Assembly (NCBI GenBank): GCA_965223345.1
Contig: CBDCWG010000012.1
Location: 896,001 to 960,000, forward strand
Direction: 5' to 3'
DNA from: Nitrospinales bacterium
GTDB lineage: Bacteria > Nitrospinota > Nitrospinia > Nitrospinales > VA-1
DNA length: 64,000 nt
Both the position numbers and the translations under genes were made by a program. Shown here one piece after another: positions 29,480 to 46,345 of this stretch. The notes under the pieces are model-generated. The model searched no databases. It was not told the DNA's origin and worked only from the letters and a program-made list of their open reading frames with translations. Position 1 is the first letter of the stretch; each line of letters opens with the position of its first letter.

Positions 29480-29665
29480 ATGTTATCCAAGGCGCTCTCG
29501 TTTTTGTCCGAAGTCAAAGTGGAGGTGAAGAAGGTCACCTGGCCCTCGAAGCGGGAAGCCATGGCCGGGACCGGTGTGGTCCTTCTGGTGGTTTTTCTGG
29601 TGTCGGTTTTTCTGGGTCTCGTGGACGCCCTGCTGTCGAAACTGGTCCAGGCTCTCATCAATTAA
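29480..29665 (+). CDS. secE: preprotein translocase subunit SecE
   Basis: FLSEVKVEVKKVTWPSKRE followed by one TM helix. Confidence 0.96.
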   Translation: MLSKALSFLSEVKVEVKKVTWPSKREAMAGTGVVLLVVFLVSVFLGLVDALLSKLVQALIN

Positions 29666-29685
29666 CTCTCATTCGGAACTGAATA

Positions 29686-30216
29686 GTGTCTAAAGAGTGG
29701 TATGTCCTCCATACGTATTCCGGATACGAGCGCAAGGTGAAGATGAGTTTGGAGGAGCAATTCGATCATTCGGATCAAAAGGACAAGCTGGGCGAAATCG
29801 TCATCCCCACCGAAGAAGTCGTGGAGGTGCGAAAAGGCAAAAAAAAGATTTCCTCGAGAAAGTTTTTTCCGGGGTACATCCTCATCAACGTGGAGATGAC
29901 CCAGGACATCTGGTACCGGATCAAGAACACGCCGAAGGTGACGGGATTTCTGGGCGGCGGTCAGACCCCGGTTCCGCTTTCCGAGAGCGAAGTCAAGTTG
30001 ATCATGGATCAGATCAAGGGCGAATCCGTGCGTCCCAAGCCGAAGTTTTCCTTCGAGCGGGGGGAGAATGTGCGCGTGATCGAAGGCCCTTTTGTGAATT
30101 TCAATGGAGTGGTGGAGGACGTCAATCATGACAAGGGCAAGGTCCGGGTCATGGTTTCCATTTTCGGGCGGGCGACGCCTGTGGAGCTGGAATTTCCTCA
30201 AATAGAAAAAGTCTGA
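29686..30216 (+). CDS. nusG: transcription elongation factor NusG
   Basis: [19 protein letters not shown] motif, [10 protein letters not shown]. Confidence 0.98.
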   Translation: MSKEWYVLHTYSGYERKVKMSLEEQFDHSDQKDKLGEIVIPTEEVVEVRKGKKKISSRKFFPGYILINVEMTQDIWYRIKNTPKVTGFLGGGQTPVPLSESEVKLIMDQIKGESVRPKPKFSFERGENVRVIEGPFVNFNGVVEDVNHDKGKVRVMVSIFGRATPVELEFPQIEKV

Positions 30217-30250
30217 GCGCGTCTGCGTTCTTTGGAAAGGGCAATGGCTG

Positions 30251-30679
30251 GTGGCGACTAAAGAAGTGATGGGGCAGATCAAGCTGCAGATTCCCGCAGG
30301 GCAGGCGACGCCTTCCCCGCCGGTGGGGCCCGCTCTGGGTCAGCACGGGGTCAATATCATGGAATTCTGCAAGGCGTTCAACTCCAAGACCCAGGGGCAG
30401 GAAGGGATGATCATTCCGGTGATCATCGATGTGTTCAAGGACCGGAGTTTTGCGTTCATCACCAAATCGCCGCCCGCTTCGGTGCTGCTCAAGCAGGCCG
30501 CCGGGATCGCGAAGGGATCTTCCAACCCGAGCAAGGAATTCGTCGGCAAAGTGACCCTCGCGCAGGTCGAGGAGATCGCCAAGACCAAGATGCAGGATTT
30601 GAACGCGCAGAGCCTGGAGGCCGCCGTCCAGATCATCAAGGGATCGGCCAAGAGCATGGGGCTTGAGGTGGAAGGTTAA
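30251..30679 (+). CDS. rplK: 50S ribosomal protein L11
   Basis: [26 protein letters not shown]. Confidence 0.98.
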   Translation: MATKEVMGQIKLQIPAGQATPSPPVGPALGQHGVNIMEFCKAFNSKTQGQEGMIIPVIIDVFKDRSFAFITKSPPASVLLKQAAGIAKGSSNPSKEFVGKVTLAQVEEIAKTKMQDLNAQSLEAAVQIIKGSAKSMGLEVEG

Positions 30680-30702
30680 CGGATTGATCGGGGAACAGGC
30701 GC

Positions 30703-31389
30703 ATGGCAAAACATGGTAAGAAATACCGCTCCGCCGCTGAAAAGGTGGGCCGGGCGGTCAAGTATGATCTGAAAGAGGCGCTCAAGCTGGCGAAAGAGGG
30801 CAGCTTTGCCAAATTCGACGAATCGGTGGATGTGGCGGTGAATCTCGGCGTCGATCCGAGAAAGGCCGACCAGAACATCCGCGGCAGCGTTGTGCTGCCC
30901 AAGGGGACCGGAAAAAAATTCCGCGTGCTGGTGTTTGCGAAGGGTGAAAAAGAGCGGGAAGCCCGGGAAGCCGGCGCCGAACATGTGGGCGGTGAAGACA
31001 TGGTGGCCAAGATTCAGGGCGGCTGGATGGAATTCGACCGCGTGGTGGCCACGCCCGACATGATGGGGCAGGTGGGCAAGCTCGGTAAGATCCTCGGTCC
31101 GCGGGGGATGATGCCCAATCCCAAGACCGGGACGGTGACCTTCGACATCAAGCAGGCCATCGAGCAGATTCAGGCCGGCAAGGTGGACTTTCGCGTGGAC
31201 AAGGCCGGCATCGTGCATGCGCCTTTGGGCAAAGCCGCTTTTCCCGTCGAGGATCTGGCGGAAAACTACGAAGCGGTGATCGGCACGCTCGTGAAAATGA
31301 AGCCCGCTTCCAGCAAGGGGCAGTATGTGAAGTCCATATCCCTGTCCACCACCATGGGGGTGGGGATCCGGGTGGCGTACACCGCGTGA
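30703..31389 (+). CDS. rplA: 50S ribosomal protein L1
   Basis: [28 protein letters not shown]. Confidence 0.98.
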   Translation: MAKHGKKYRSAAEKVGRAVKYDLKEALKLAKEGSFAKFDESVDVAVNLGVDPRKADQNIRGSVVLPKGTGKKFRVLVFAKGEKEREAREAGAEHVGGEDMVAKIQGGWMEFDRVVATPDMMGQVGKLGKILGPRGMMPNPKTGTVTFDIKQAIEQIQAGKVDFRVDKAGIVHAPLGKAAFPVEDLAENYEAVIGTLVKMKPASSKGQYVKSISLSTTMGVGIRVAYTA

Positions 31390-31455
31390 AGCGTGCTCGC
31401 GGATTGAAAAAAGAAAAATGGAAACTCATTCAGAGATGAAAGAAAGGGATTGACC

Positions 31456-31983
31456 GTGCCCACCCCAGCTAAAGAAGAAGCGGTGAAAGAGTTGAACGAG
31501 CTGTTTCAAAACGCCCGATCTGCTGTTCTGGCCGATTACCAGGGCATCGATGCGCCCAGTATCACGGCGTTTCGGGCGCATGTGCACAGCCGGTCGGTGG
31601 AGTTTCGGGTTGTCAAGAACACGCTGGCCAAAAAGGCGGCGAAGAACACGCCTTTCGAGCTTCTGGATGAAAGTTTCAAGGGTCCCGTTTCACTGGTCGT
31701 GAGTTGTGAGGATCTGATCGCGCCTGCGAAGGCGCTTGCGGATTACGCCAAGGCGGGGCAGGGCAAACCGCCCAAAGTGCTTTGCGGTTTGGTGGAAGGA
31801 AAAGTGATCACTCCCGATGAGGTCAAGGCTCTGGCCGATTTGCCCTCCAAGGAAGAGTTGATGTCCAGCATGCTGTCCGTGTTTCAAGGGCCTTCGAGAA
31901 ATTTTGTCGGCGTGTTCGCGAGTCTGCTCAGAAAGTTGGTGGGCACACTGGACGCGGTGCGCGAGAAAAAAGCTCAGGGTTGA
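31456..31983 (+). CDS. rplJ: 50S ribosomal protein L10
   Basis: ADYQG, RVVKNTL, LADLPSKEEL; GTG 31456 (or TTG 31450). Confidence 0.96.
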   Translation: MPTPAKEEAVKELNELFQNARSAVLADYQGIDAPSITAFRAHVHSRSVEFRVVKNTLAKKAAKNTPFELLDESFKGPVSLVVSCEDLIAPAKALADYAKAGQGKPPKVLCGLVEGKVITPDEVKALADLPSKEELMSSMLSVFQGPSRNFVGVFASLLRKLVGTLDAVREKKAQG

Positions 31984-32104
31984 TCGCGTTTTGCGCGGGC
32001 GTGCGGATTGTGAGAGTTCAAATTCAAATGCACTGATCACCGGATTTTTGAATAAACCAGTTATTTAATTTTAGGAAAATTTGATTGCTTGAAAGGAGGG
32101 CGTG

Positions 32105-32482
32105 ATGGCCGTCACCAAAGAGGATGTCATCTCATACATAGACAACATGACTGTTCTGGAAATGTCGGAGTTTGTCAAAGAGTTGGAAGATAAATATGGA
32201 GTCACCGCCGCGGCTCCCGCCGTGGCTGTTGCCGCACCCGCGGGCGGTGGTGCGGAAGCCGCCGAGGAGAAAACGGAATTCGACGTGGTCCTCACGGCCG
32301 CAGGCGACAAGAAGATTCAGGTCATCAAAGAAGTGCGGGCCATCACCGGTCTGGGCCTCAAAGATGCCAAGGATCTCGTCGAAGGGGCTCCCAAGCCGGT
32401 GAAGGAAGGCGTGAAAAAGGAAGAAGCCGACGAAATCAAAAAGAAAATCGAGGCAGTGGGAGGGACTGTGGAGGTCAAATAA
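32105..32482 (+). CDS. rplL: 50S ribosomal protein L7/L12
   Basis: [35 protein letters not shown] Shine-Dalgarno. Confidence 0.98.
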   Translation: MAVTKEDVISYIDNMTVLEMSEFVKELEDKYGVTAAAPAVAVAAPAGGGAEAAEEKTEFDVVLTAAGDKKIQVIKEVRAITGLGLKDAKDLVEGAPKPVKEGVKKEEADEIKKKIEAVGGTVEVK

Positions 32483-32562
32483 TCGAATCAGGAAATCGTC
32501 TATATCGCATTTGGCTGCGTCGTTTCGTTTTTCAATCCTTCATTTTTTAAAGGTCAAAAAAT

Positions 32563-36783
<4,221 letters not shown>

Positions 36784-36849
36784 AGAAAAAGCCACTCCCC
36801 CATTGGGGGAGTTCAGATACTTATAAATCCTCTATAGGAGATAAACCTG

Positions 36850-39800
36850 GTGGAAAGCTTGACATTTTTTGAAAAGCCAAAAAATCCCATCATGTTTGAC
36901 GCTATGCGAGTCCGGTTGGCGTCGCCGGAAAAAATCCGTTCCTGGTCGTACGGAGAAGTCAAAAAACCGGAAACGATCAATTACCGAACCTTCAAACCCG
37001 AGCGGGACGGCCTGTTCTGCGCCAAGATTTTCGGCCCGGTCAAGGACTGGGAGTGCAACTGCGGCAAATACAAGCGCATGAAGCACAAAGGCGTGGTGTG
37101 TGAAAAATGCGGGGTCGAGGTCATCCTCTCGAAAGTGCGTCGCGAACGGCTGGGGCACATCGAGCTTGCGAGCCCGGTGGCCCATATCTGGTATTTCAAG
37201 GGGCTGCCCAGCCGCATCGGCCATATCCTGGACATCACGCTCAAGGATCTGGAGCGCGTGGTTTATTTTGAAAACTACGTCGTGGTCGATCCCGGCGACT
37301 CCGACCTCAAGGTCGGGCAGCTGCTCTCGGAAGAAGAGTTCCGCGAGACCGAGCTGGAGTTCCCGGACACCTTCAAGGCGATGATCGGTGCGGAAGGCAT
37401 TTACGAACTGCTCAAGCAGATCGAGCTGGACACGCTGGCCGTCGAGCTCAAAGAGGAGATGGGGACCACCAAGTCGGTCATGAACCGGCGCAAGCTCGCC
37501 AAGCGCCTCAAGGTCATCGAATCGTTCCGCAAATCCGGCAACAAGCCGGAGTGGATGATCCTGCAGGTCATCCCGGTGATCCCGCCGGAGCTGCGTCCTT
37601 TGGTGCCGCTGGACGGCGGACGCTTCGCTACCTCCGATCTCAACGATCTGTACCGGCGGGTGATCAACCGCAACAACCGGCTGAAGCGGCTGCAGGAACT
37701 GAAAGCGCCGCAGATCATCATCCGCAACGAAAAGCGCATGCTGCAGGAAGCGGTTTCCGCCCTGTTCGACAACGGTCGGCGCGGGCGCACCCTGCGCGGC
37801 ACCAACAAGCGGCCGCTCAAATCGTTGAGCGACATGCTCAAAGGCAAACAGGGCCGTTTCCGGCAGAATCTTCTGGGCAAACGGGTGGACTATTCGGGCC
37901 GCTCGGTCATCGTCGTCGGACCGGAATTGAAATTTCATCAGTGCGGACTGCCCAAGAAAATGGCGCTGGAGTTGTTCAAGCCTTTCATCTTCAACCGGCT
38001 CGAGCAGAAGGGCTACGCCTCCACCATCAAGACCGCGAAAAAAATGGTGGAGCAGGAGCGGTCCGAAGTGTGGGAAGTGCTCGAAGAGGTGGTGAAAGAC
38101 CATCCGGTGCTTCTGAACCGGGCGCCGACGCTGCATCGACTGGGAATCCAGGCGTTCGAGCCGGTGCTCATCGAGGGCAAGGCGATCCAGATCCATCCGC
38201 TGGTCTGTACTGCGTTCAACGCGGATTTCGACGGCGACCAAATGGCGGTGCATGTGCCGCTTTCGATGGAGGCGCGCATCGAAGCCCGCCTGCTCATGAT
38301 GTCTTCCAACAACGTGTTGTCTCCTTCCAACGCGCGGCCGATCGCGGTGCCGTCTCAGGACATCGTTCTGGGCTGTTACTACATGACCAAGATCCGCGGC
38401 GGGGTGAAAGGGGAAGGCAAAGTGTTTTCCGGGGCGAAAGAAGTGATCGCCGCCTACGATGCGGACGAGCTCGATTTGCAGGCGCGCATCCTCGTGAAGG
38501 TTCAGGGCAAGCTCGTGCAGACCACGACGGGCCGGATTCTTCTGGGTGAAGTGCTACCCGATGAGATGAGCTTCGATCACGTGAACCGCCTTTTGGATAA
38601 GAAATCGCTTTCCGACCTCATCTCCAAGGCCTTTTTGCAGATCGGGCGGGAAAAAACCGTGGTGCTTCTGGATAACGTGAAAAAACTCGGTTTCAAGCAC
38701 GCCACCGAAGCGGGGCTCACCATTTCGATGGACCAGATGCGCATTCCCAGAGCCAAGTCCGAGCTGGTGAAGAAAACCAACGACGAGGTTTTGAAAGTTT
38801 ACAATCAGTACCGCGACGGGTTGATCACCAACGGCGAGCGCTACAACAAGGTCATCGACATCTGGGCGCACGTCACCGAGAAAATCTCTGAAGAGATGTT
38901 CAGCGAGCTGGAAGAAGAAGATGAAAACACGCTGACCGGCAAGGACGATAAGGACTTCAACTCCATTTTCATCATGGCCGATTCCGGCGCGCGCGGCAGC
39001 GCCCAGCAGCTGCGCCAGCTGGCGGGCATGCGCGGGTTGATGGCCAAGCCGTCCGGCGAGATCATCGAAACGCCCATCACGGCCAACTTCCGCGAAGGGC
39101 TGTCCGTGATCCAGTACTTCATCTCGACGCACGGTGCGCGCAAAGGCCTGGCGGACACGGCGCTCAAGACCGCGAACTCGGGTTACCTCACGCGCCGCCT
39201 GGTCGATGTGGCGCAGGACATCATCATTCAGGAAGAAGACTGCGGCACGCTCAAGGGCATCCATGTTTCCTCGCTCGTGGAAGCGGGCGAGATCATCCAG
39301 CCTCTGAACGAACGCATCCTCGGCCGCACCGCGCTGGAAGATGTGATTGATCCGTTCACCAACGATGTGCTGGTGAAAGCCAACGACATCATCGATGAAA
39401 AAGCCATCGAAGCCATCGACAACGCGGGCATCGAAAGCGTCTGGATCCGCTCCTGCCTGAGCTGCGAATCCAAGCAGGGGATCTGCATCAAATGTTACGG
39501 CCGCAACATGGCGACGCTGGACTGGGTGGAAGTGGGAGAGCCCGTCGGCGTCATCGCCGCGCAGTCGATCGGCGAGCCGGGAACGCAGCTCACCATGCGG
39601 ACGTTCCACATCGGCGGCACCGCGAGCCGGGTGGTGGAGCAGACCACGTTGAGCACGAAAAAAGGCGGCATCGTCAAGTACACCGGCCTGCGCACCATCA
39701 AGAACCAGCGCGGCGAGATCATCGTCATGAACCGCAACGGGCATCTTTTGATTCAGGATGAGAACGGGCGGGAGAAGGAAAAATACGCCGTCGTGTACGC

Positions 39801-40935
39801 GGCGAAACTCAAGGTGGCCGACGGGCAGGAGGTGCAGGGCAACCAGACGCTGGTCGAATGGGATCCGTACACCAACTCCATTCTGACCGAGGTGGAAGGG
39901 ACCATCGCTTTCGGCGACGTCATCGAAGGCATCACGATGAAAGAGGACTTCGACGAGATCACCGGGCTTTCGACCAAGGTCATCATCAGTCACCGCGACG
40001 AGAAAAAACAGCCGCGTATCTCCATCAAGAACCAGGAAGGCGAAACCGTTCGCCGCTATATCCTGCCGGCGGGTGCCCACATCAACGTGCACGAGGGCGA
40101 CTTCGTCAACGCCGGCGATGTGATCGTGAAGATCCCGCGCGAATCGGCGAAGACCAAGGACATCACCGGCGGTCTTCCGCGGGTGGCGGAGTTGTTCGAG
40201 GCACGCAAGCCGCACGAACAGGCGACCATCACCGAGATTTCCGGCAAGATCAAGTTCGGCGGGTTCGTCAAGGGCATGCGCAAAGTGGTGGTGGAGAACG
40301 ACCTGGGTGAAGAGTGCGAGTATCTGATCCCGCGCGGCAAGCACATCAACGTGCACGAAGGCGACGAAGTCACCGCCGGTGAACCGCTGATGGATGGCGC
40401 GTCCAACCCGCACGACATTCTCAAGGTATTGGGTGAGAACGAACTGCAGAACTACCTCGTCAACGAGGTGCAGGAGGTCTACCGGCTGCAGGGTGTGACG
40501 ATCAACGACAAGCATATCGAGGTCATCGTGCGGCAGATGCTGCGTCACCTGATCATCGAAGATTCAGGGGACACGGATTTTCTGGTGGGCGAGCAGGTCA
40601 CCAAGAAAGTGTTCAACGAAAAGAACCAGGAGATGATCCGGGACAAGAAAAAACCCGCGAAAGGCGCCCCGGTTCTTTTGGGCATCACCAAGTCCTCGTT
40701 GAGCACCGAAAGCTTCATTTCCGCGGCGTCTTTCCAGGAGACCACACGGGTGCTGACGGAAGTGAGCGTCAGCGGCCGGCGGGACGACCTGGTGGGACTC
40801 AAGGAAAACGTCATCATGGGGCGGCTGATTCCTGCCGGTACGGGATGCCGGGCTTACACGGGCATCCGTATCGAAGAACCGGAAATCGAAGAGCCGGAAA
40901 AGAAACCCGAAGAGGCCCCATTGCCGGTGGAATAA
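36850..40935 (+). CDS. rpoC: RNA polymerase subunit beta'
   Basis: [12 protein letters not shown], Zn motif WECNCG...[18 protein letters not shown]. Confidence 0.99.
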   Translation: MESLTFFEKPKNPIMFDAMRVRLASPEKIRSWSYGEVKKPETINYRTFKPERDGLFCAKIFGPVKDWECNCGKYKRMKHKGVVCEKCGVEVILSKVRRERLGHIELASPVAHIWYFKGLPSRIGHILDITLKDLERVVYFENYVVVDPGDSDLKVGQLLSEEEFRETELEFPDTFKAMIGAEGIYELLKQIELDTLAVELKEEMGTTKSVMNRRKLAKRLKVIESFRKSGNKPEWMILQVIPVIPPELRPLVPLDGGRFATSDLNDLYRRVINRNNRLKRLQELKAPQIIIRNEKRMLQEAVSALFDNGRRGRTLRGTNKRPLKSLSDMLKGKQGRFRQNLLGKRVDYSGRSVIVVGPELKFHQCGLPKKMALELFKPFIFNRLEQKGYASTIKTAKKMVEQERSEVWEVLEEVVKDHPVLLNRAPTLHRLGIQAFEPVLIEGKAIQIHPLVCTAFNADFDGDQMAVHVPLSMEARIEARLLMMSSNNVLSPSNARPIAVPSQDIVLGCYYMTKIRGGVKGEGKVFSGAKEVIAAYDADELDLQARILVKVQGKLVQTTTGRILLGEVLPDEMSFDHVNRLLDKKSLSDLISKAFLQIGREKTVVLLDNVKKLGFKHATEAGLTISMDQMRIPRAKSELVKKTNDEVLKVYNQYRDGLITNGERYNKVIDIWAHVTEKISEEMFSELEEEDENTLTGKDDKDFNSIFIMADSGARGSAQQLRQLAGMRGLMAKPSGEIIETPITANFREGLSVIQYFISTHGARKGLADTALKTANSGYLTRRLVDVAQDIIIQEEDCGTLKGIHVSSLVEAGEIIQPLNERILGRTALEDVIDPFTNDVLVKANDIIDEKAIEAIDNAGIESVWIRSCLSCESKQGICIKCYGRNMATLDWVEVGEPVGVIAAQSIGEPGTQLTMRTFHIGGTASRVVEQTTLSTKKGGIVKYTGLRTIKNQRGEIIVMNRNGHLLIQDENGREKEKYAVVYAAKLKVADGQEVQGNQTLVEWDPYTNSILTEVEGTIAFGDVIEGITMKEDFDEITGLSTKVIISHRDEKKQPRISIKNQEGETVRRYILPAGAHINVHEGDFVNAGDVIVKIPRESAKTKDITGGLPRVAELFEARKPHEQATITEISGKIKFGGFVKGMRKVVVENDLGEECEYLIPRGKHINVHEGDEVTAGEPLMDGASNPHDILKVLGENELQNYLVNEVQEVYRLQGVTINDKHIEVIVRQMLRHLIIEDSGDTDFLVGEQVTKKVFNEKNQEMIRDKKKPAKGAPVLLGITKSSLSTESFISAASFQETTRVLTEVSVSGRRDDLVGLKENVIMGRLIPAGTGCRAYTGIRIEEPEIEEPEKKPEEAPLPVE

Positions 40936-40959
40936 ACCTTTCGGATCTGGTATTTTTGC

Positions 40960-40988
40960 TTGACTCGACCCGAAAGAGTGGCTAGAAT
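40960..40988 (+). promoter_or_regulatory. sigma70 promoter of the str operon
   Basis: TTGACT-17 bp-TAGAAT between rpoC and rpsL. Confidence 0.8.
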
Positions 40989-41111
40989 TACGGATTTTTC
41001 ACGCCGTGAATTTTCCGAAAATAACCACTTGTTTTTATTGAGGTTTGTTTGGGGCGGCCTGATTATTGGCCACCCGAAACGCGGTGGTTGTATTTTGCGG
41101 AGGGATTTTTT

Positions 41112-41495
41112 TTGCCGACGATCAATCAGTTAGTTCGAGCCGGCCGCGAGAAGCCGGTCAAGAAGACAGCCAGCCCCGCGCTGAAATCCTGTCCGCAGAA
41201 ACGCGGCGTGTGCGTCCGGGTGTACACTTCCACTCCCAAAAAGCCCAATTCGGCACTGCGAAAAGTGGCGCGCGTGCGGCTGACCAACGGGATGGAGGTG
41301 ACCACATATATCCCTGGCGTCGGGCACAACCTGCAGGAGCATTCCATCGTGATGATCCGCGGCGGACGTGTCAAGGACCTTCCGGGGGTGCGCTACCACG
41401 TGGTGCGCGGTTCTCTGGACACCCTGGGTGTCGAAAGCCGCAAGCAGGGACGGTCCAAATACGGAGCGAAGCGGCCCAAGGCGGCGTCCTCCTAG
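41112..41495 (+). CDS. rpsL: 30S ribosomal protein S12
   Basis: (M)[32 protein letters not shown] start. Confidence 0.98.
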   Translation: MPTINQLVRAGREKPVKKTASPALKSCPQKRGVCVRVYTSTPKKPNSALRKVARVRLTNGMEVTTYIPGVGHNLQEHSIVMIRGGRVKDLPGVRYHVVRGSLDTLGVESRKQGRSKYGAKRPKAASS

Positions 41496-41531
41496 ATCCA
41501 TACGAAACTTTCTTGAAGATATCGATATAAC

Positions 41532-42002
41532 ATGGCTCGAAGACGAGAAGCGCAGAAGCGGCAGGTGACGCCGGATCCGAAGTACAACGATGTGCTGGTG
41601 GCCCGGTTCATCAACAACCTCCTGCGAAAAGGCAAGAAAAGCCTCGCCGAGCGGATTTTCTACAACGCTCTGGATACCATCGAGGGGAAAACCAAGGAGG
41701 ACCCGATCAAGGTCTTCCGCAAGGCGGTGGACAACGCGTCTCCGCTGCTGGAAGTGCGCTCCCGAAGGGTGGGCGGCGCCACCTATCAGGTGCCGGTGGA
41801 GGTGAAGGAGCGGCGGCGCATCGCGCTCAGCATCCGCTGGATGATTCAGAATGCCAAGTCCCGGTCCGGAAAAACCATGGCCGAAAAGCTGACCGGGGAA
41901 ATCATGGACGCCTACAACAACATCGGCGGCGCCATCAAGAAAAAAGAGGAAGTGCATCGTATGGCCGAGGCCAACAAAGCCTTTGCTCATTATCGCTGGT
42001 GA
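41532..42002 (+). CDS. rpsG: 30S ribosomal protein S7
   Basis: [27 protein letters not shown]. Confidence 0.99.
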   Translation: MARRREAQKRQVTPDPKYNDVLVARFINNLLRKGKKSLAERIFYNALDTIEGKTKEDPIKVFRKAVDNASPLLEVRSRRVGGATYQVPVEVKERRRIALSIRWMIQNAKSRSGKTMAEKLTGEIMDAYNNIGGAIKKKEEVHRMAEANKAFAHYRW

Positions 42003-42021
42003 TCTAACTTTCCAAAACGTC

Positions 42022-44121
42022 ATGGCTAAAAAACCTCAGGCAGAAAAAAGGCGTAACATCGGGATCATCGCCCACATCGACGCGGGCAAGACCACGACGA
42101 CCGAGCGCGTTCTGTATTACACCGGACGCAGTCACAAGCTGGGTGAAGTGCACGAGGGCACCGCGACGATGGACTGGATGGAGCAGGAGCAGGAGCGGGG
42201 GATCACCATCACGTCGGCCGCGACCACCTGTTTCTGGCAGGATCATCAGATCAACATCATCGACACGCCCGGGCATGTGGATTTCACCGCCGAGGTGGAG
42301 CGCTCGCTTCGGGTGCTGGACGGGGCGATCGGCGTGTTCTGTGCGGTCGGCGGCGTGGAGCCGCAGTCGGAAACCGTATGGCGGCAGGCCACCAAGTATC
42401 AGGTTCCGCGGATCGGTTTCGTCAACAAGATGGACCGCTCGGGCGCGGATTTTCTCAATTGCGTCGGGCAGATCAAAGACCGCTTGAACGCCAACCCGGT
42501 TCCCCTGCAGCTGCCTTTGGGGGCCGAGGCGAATTTCACCGGTGTCATCGATCTCATCGACATGAAGGCGAACGTCTACAGCGATGAGAAGGGCAAGGGC
42601 GAGGTGTACGAGGAGCAGGAGATTCCTGCGGATCTGCTCGATCAGGCGAAGGAGTACCGCGAAGCGATGATGGAGGCCATCTCCGACGTCGATGACAAGA
42701 TCATGGAGAAATACCTGGGCGGGGAGGAGGTCTCCACCGAAGAGATCCTGGCGGCCCTGCGCAAGGGAACGCTGGAGCTCAAATTCACGCCCATCCTGTG
42801 CGGCGCGGCTTTCAAGAATAAAGGGGTGCAGCAGCTGTTGAACGCTGTGGTGCGTTATCTGCCCTCTCCGCAGGAGATTGCATCGATTCAGGGCATCAAC
42901 CCCAACACGCAGGAAGAGGTGGTGCGCGGCACGGATGCGGGCGAGCCTTTCTCGGCGCTGGCGTTCAAGATCATGACCGATCCGTTCGTCGGGCAGCTGG
43001 CTTTCGTCAGGGTGTATTCCGGGGAGTTGAAGAGCGGGTCGTACATTTACAATTCCACCAAGAATCAGCGTGAGCGGGTGGGGCGTATCCTGCGTATGCA
43101 CGCGAACAAGCGGGAGGAGGTCAAGTCTGTCAAGGCCGGCGACATCGCGGCGGCGATCGGACTTAAAAACACTTTTACCGGCGACACGCTGTGTGTGGAG
43201 GAGCATCCGGTCATACTGGAGTCCATCAGTTTTCCGGAGCCTGTCATCTCCGTCGCGATCGAGCCCAAGACCAAAGCGGAGCAGGACAAACTTTCCGACT
43301 GCCTCGTCAAGCTTTTGCAGGAAGATCCCACCTTCAACGTCAAAGTCAACCCCGATACCAATCAGACTGTCATCTCAGGAATGGGCGAGTTGCACCTGGA
43401 AATCCTGGTGGACCGCATGCGGCGGGAGTTCTCTTTGGACGTGAACGTTTCCAAGCCGCAGGTGGCCTACAAGGAAACCATCACCAAGCCGATCGACCAC
43501 AGCTACAAATATGTCAAGCAGACCGGCGGCCGGGGGCAGTACGGGCACGTCGAGATCAAGGTCGAGCCGAGAGAGCCCGGAACCGGATTCGAATTCGTCA
43601 ACAAGATCGTCGGCGGAGCGATTCCGAAAGAATACATTCCTGCGGTGCAAAAAGGCATCGAAGAGGCGATGGAGCGCGGCATCCTGTGCGGCTACCACGT
43701 CGTGGACGTGGGGGTCACCCTGGTGGATGGGTCGTACCATGAAGTCGATTCTTCCGAGATGGCGTTCAAGATCTGTGCGTCCATCGCGTTCAAGGAGGCC
43801 TGCACCAAGGCGAGTCCGGTGTTGCTGGAGCCCATCATGGAGGTCGAGGTGGTGACGCCTGAGGAATTCATGGGCGATGTGATCGGCAACCTGAACTCCA
43901 AGCGGGGCAAGATCAAGGATCTCAGCGAACGGGCGGGTGCGAAGGTGATCCGCGCGGAAGTGCCGCTTTCCGGGATGTTTGGTTACTCCACGGACCTGCG
44001 TTCCGCCACACAGGGCCGAGCGACGTTTTCCATGGAATACGCCAAGTACGAGCCGATTCCGTCCATGATTGCGGACGAGTTGATTGCGAAGGCAACTGGC
44101 AAGGAAAGGTTGGCGGTTTGA
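42022..44121 (+). CDS. fusA: elongation factor G
   Basis: [30 protein letters not shown]. Confidence 0.99.
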   Translation: MAKKPQAEKRRNIGIIAHIDAGKTTTTERVLYYTGRSHKLGEVHEGTATMDWMEQEQERGITITSAATTCFWQDHQINIIDTPGHVDFTAEVERSLRVLDGAIGVFCAVGGVEPQSETVWRQATKYQVPRIGFVNKMDRSGADFLNCVGQIKDRLNANPVPLQLPLGAEANFTGVIDLIDMKANVYSDEKGKGEVYEEQEIPADLLDQAKEYREAMMEAISDVDDKIMEKYLGGEEVSTEEILAALRKGTLELKFTPILCGAAFKNKGVQQLLNAVVRYLPSPQEIASIQGINPNTQEEVVRGTDAGEPFSALAFKIMTDPFVGQLAFVRVYSGELKSGSYIYNSTKNQRERVGRILRMHANKREEVKSVKAGDIAAAIGLKNTFTGDTLCVEEHPVILESISFPEPVISVAIEPKTKAEQDKLSDCLVKLLQEDPTFNVKVNPDTNQTVISGMGELHLEILVDRMRREFSLDVNVSKPQVAYKETITKPIDHSYKYVKQTGGRGQYGHVEIKVEPREPGTGFEFVNKIVGGAIPKEYIPAVQKGIEEAMERGILCGYHVVDVGVTLVDGSYHEVDSSEMAFKICASIAFKEACTKASPVLLEPIMEVEVVTPEEFMGDVIGNLNSKRGKIKDLSERAGAKVIRAEVPLSGMFGYSTDLRSATQGRATFSMEYAKYEPIPSMIADELIAKATGKERLAV

Positions 44122-44132
44122 AACCTAACAAT

Positions 44133-44154
44133 TCTACTGAAACTCTACTGAAAC
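44133..44154 (+). repeat. 11-bp tandem direct repeat (x2) between fusA and tuf
   Basis: TCTACTGAAAC TCTACTGAAAC. Confidence 0.8.
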
Positions 44155-44174
44155 CAATATCGGAGTGAACGAGC

Positions 44175-45365
44175 ATGGCAAAAGAAAAATTTGTCCGGGA
44201 TAAACCTCACTTAAACGTTGGCACCATCGGTCACGTTGACCATGGTAAGACCACATTGACCGCCGCAATCACTGAGGTTTTGGCTAAAAAGGGTCTAGCG
44301 GATTACATCCCCTTCGATCAGATCGACAAAGCCCCCGAGGAAAAAGAGCGCGGTATCACCATTGCGATCGCTCATGTCGAATACAAGACCGAGAACCGCC
44401 ACTACGCGCACGTGGACTGCCCCGGACATGCCGACTACGTCAAGAACATGATCACGGGTGCGGCGCAGATGGACGGCGCCATCCTCGTGTTGAGCGCTTC
44501 CGACGGTCCGATGCCGCAGACCCGCGAGCACATCCTGCTGGCGCGTCAGGTGGGCGTTCCCAAGATCGTCGTGTTCATGAACAAGTGCGACATGGTTGAC
44601 GATCCGGAATTGCTGGATCTGGTGGAGCTGGAAGTGCGCGAGCTGCTCGACAAGTACGAATTCCCCGGCGATGAGATTCCGGTCATTCGCGGCTCAGCGC
44701 TGCAGGCGCTGGAAAACCCGGAAGACCCGGAAAAAAACAAGTGCATCATGGATTTGATGGAAGCGCTCGACAGCTACTTCCCGGTTCCGGAGCGGCCGGT
44801 GGACAAGCCCTTCCTGATGCCGATCGAGGATATCTTCAGCATCTCCGGGCGTGGAACCGTCGCGACCGGTCGTGTGGAGACGGGCGTCGTCAAGGTCGGC
44901 GAAGAGGTGGAGATCGTCGGGTTCAGGCCCACGACCAAGACCACCGCCACCGGTGTCGAGATGTTCCGCAAGCTGCTCGATGAGGGGCGGGCGGGTGAAA
45001 ACGTGGGGATCCTGCTGCGCGGAACCAAGCGGGATGAGATCGAGCGCGGTCAGGTTCTCGCCAAGCCCGGTTCCATCACGCCGCATAAAAAGTTCAAGGC
45101 GGAAGTCTATGTGTTGACCAAGGATGAAGGCGGCAGGCACACGCCCTTTTTCAACGGGTACCGGCCGCAGTTTTATTTCAGAACCACGGATGTCACCGGC
45201 GTGGCGACCCTGCCTTCAGGCGTGGAGATGGTCATGCCCGGCGACAACGTATCCATGCAGGTGGAACTCATCACCCCGGTCGCCATGGCGGACGGACTCC
45301 GGTTCGCGATCCGTGAAGGCGGGCGCACGGTGGGTGCGGGTGTCGTTAACGAGATTGTAGAGTGA
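44175..45365 (+). CDS. tuf: elongation factor Tu
   Basis: [34 protein letters not shown]. Confidence 0.99.
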   Translation: MAKEKFVRDKPHLNVGTIGHVDHGKTTLTAAITEVLAKKGLADYIPFDQIDKAPEEKERGITIAIAHVEYKTENRHYAHVDCPGHADYVKNMITGAAQMDGAILVLSASDGPMPQTREHILLARQVGVPKIVVFMNKCDMVDDPELLDLVELEVRELLDKYEFPGDEIPVIRGSALQALENPEDPEKNKCIMDLMEALDSYFPVPERPVDKPFLMPIEDIFSISGRGTVATGRVETGVVKVGEEVEIVGFRPTTKTTATGVEMFRKLLDEGRAGENVGILLRGTKRDEIERGQVLAKPGSITPHKKFKAEVYVLTKDEGGRHTPFFNGYRPQFYFRTTDVTGVATLPSGVEMVMPGDNVSMQVELITPVAMADGLRFAIREGGRTVGAGVVNEIVE

Positions 45366-45673
45366 TGACCGACCAGAAAATAAAAATCAAGCTCAAGGCG
45401 TATGATCACAAGCTTCTGGACTGGTCGGTCTCGGAAATCGTGGAAACGACCCGGCGTACGGGCGCGAAAGTCGTCGGCCCCATCCCTCTGCCAACCGTGA
45501 AAAACAAATGGACCGTTCTGCGATCCCCGCATGTGGACAAAAAATCCAGGGAGCAGTTTGAAATCCGCACGCACAAGCGGATTCTGGAAATTCTGGAACC
45601 CACGCCGCAGACAGTAGACGCGCTGATGAAGCTGGATCTCTCCGGCGGCGTCGATATCGAGATCAAACTTTGA
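45365..45673 (+). CDS. rpsJ: 30S ribosomal protein S10
   Basis: [28 protein letters not shown]. Confidence 0.99.
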   Translation: MTDQKIKIKLKAYDHKLLDWSVSEIVETTRRTGAKVVGPIPLPTVKNKWTVLRSPHVDKKSREQFEIRTHKRILEILEPTPQTVDALMKLDLSGGVDIEIKL

Positions 45674-45697
45674 ACCCGCAGTTTGCGGGTTTTTTTT
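45673..45697 (+). terminator. intrinsic terminator-like hairpin between rpsJ and rplC
   Basis: AACCCGCA-gtt-TGCGGG followed by 8 T. Confidence 0.6.
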
Positions 45698-45710
45698 GAG
45701 TCAATACGCA

Positions 45711-46340
45711 ATGGACAGTTTGTTAGGCAAAAAGATCGGCATGACCCAGGTCTTCTCCAAAGAAGGCGACTGCGTTCCCGTGACCGTCATTCAGGTGGAA
45801 AAATGCGTTCCCGTTTTGCGGCGCACCCAGGAGAAGGACGGTTACGACGCGGTGCTGGTGGCTTACGGGGAGCGCAAGCCCAAGCACACGAACAAGCCGC
45901 TTCAGGGCTTTTACGACAAGCTGAAAATGGCTCCTGCGAAAACCCTGAAGGAGTTCCGCGGTGCGACGGTCGAAGACGATGCGCTGGGAAAACCCATCAA
46001 GGTGGAGCAGTTCGGGGAAGGCGATCTGGTCAATGTGATCGGAACGTCGAAGGGGCGCGGGTTTGCCGGCGTCATGAAGCGCTTCGGATTTCGCGGCGCT
46101 CCCGGTTCCCGGGGCACGCACGAATCCTTCCGCGGCGGCGGTTCCGTGGGCATGCACACCTATCCCGGGCGGGTGCTCAAGGGCAAAAAGATGCCGGGCC
46201 GGATGGGCGGCGACACCGTGCATGTGAAAAACATCAAGGTAGTCCGGGTGGACAATGAGAACAACCTGCTGCTGCTGCGCGGGGCGGTTCCCGGCGCCAA
46301 CGGGCAGCTGGTGGAAATCATCAAATCGAAGAAAGTTTGA
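45711..46340 (+). CDS. rplC: 50S ribosomal protein L3
   Basis: [32 protein letters not shown]. Confidence 0.98.
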   Translation: MDSLLGKKIGMTQVFSKEGDCVPVTVIQVEKCVPVLRRTQEKDGYDAVLVAYGERKPKHTNKPLQGFYDKLKMAPAKTLKEFRGATVEDDALGKPIKVEQFGEGDLVNVIGTSKGRGFAGVMKRFGFRGAPGSRGTHESFRGGGSVGMHTYPGRVLKGKKMPGRMGGDTVHVKNIKVVRVDNENNLLLLRGAVPGANGQLVEIIKSKKV

Positions 46341-46345
46341 ACGCA

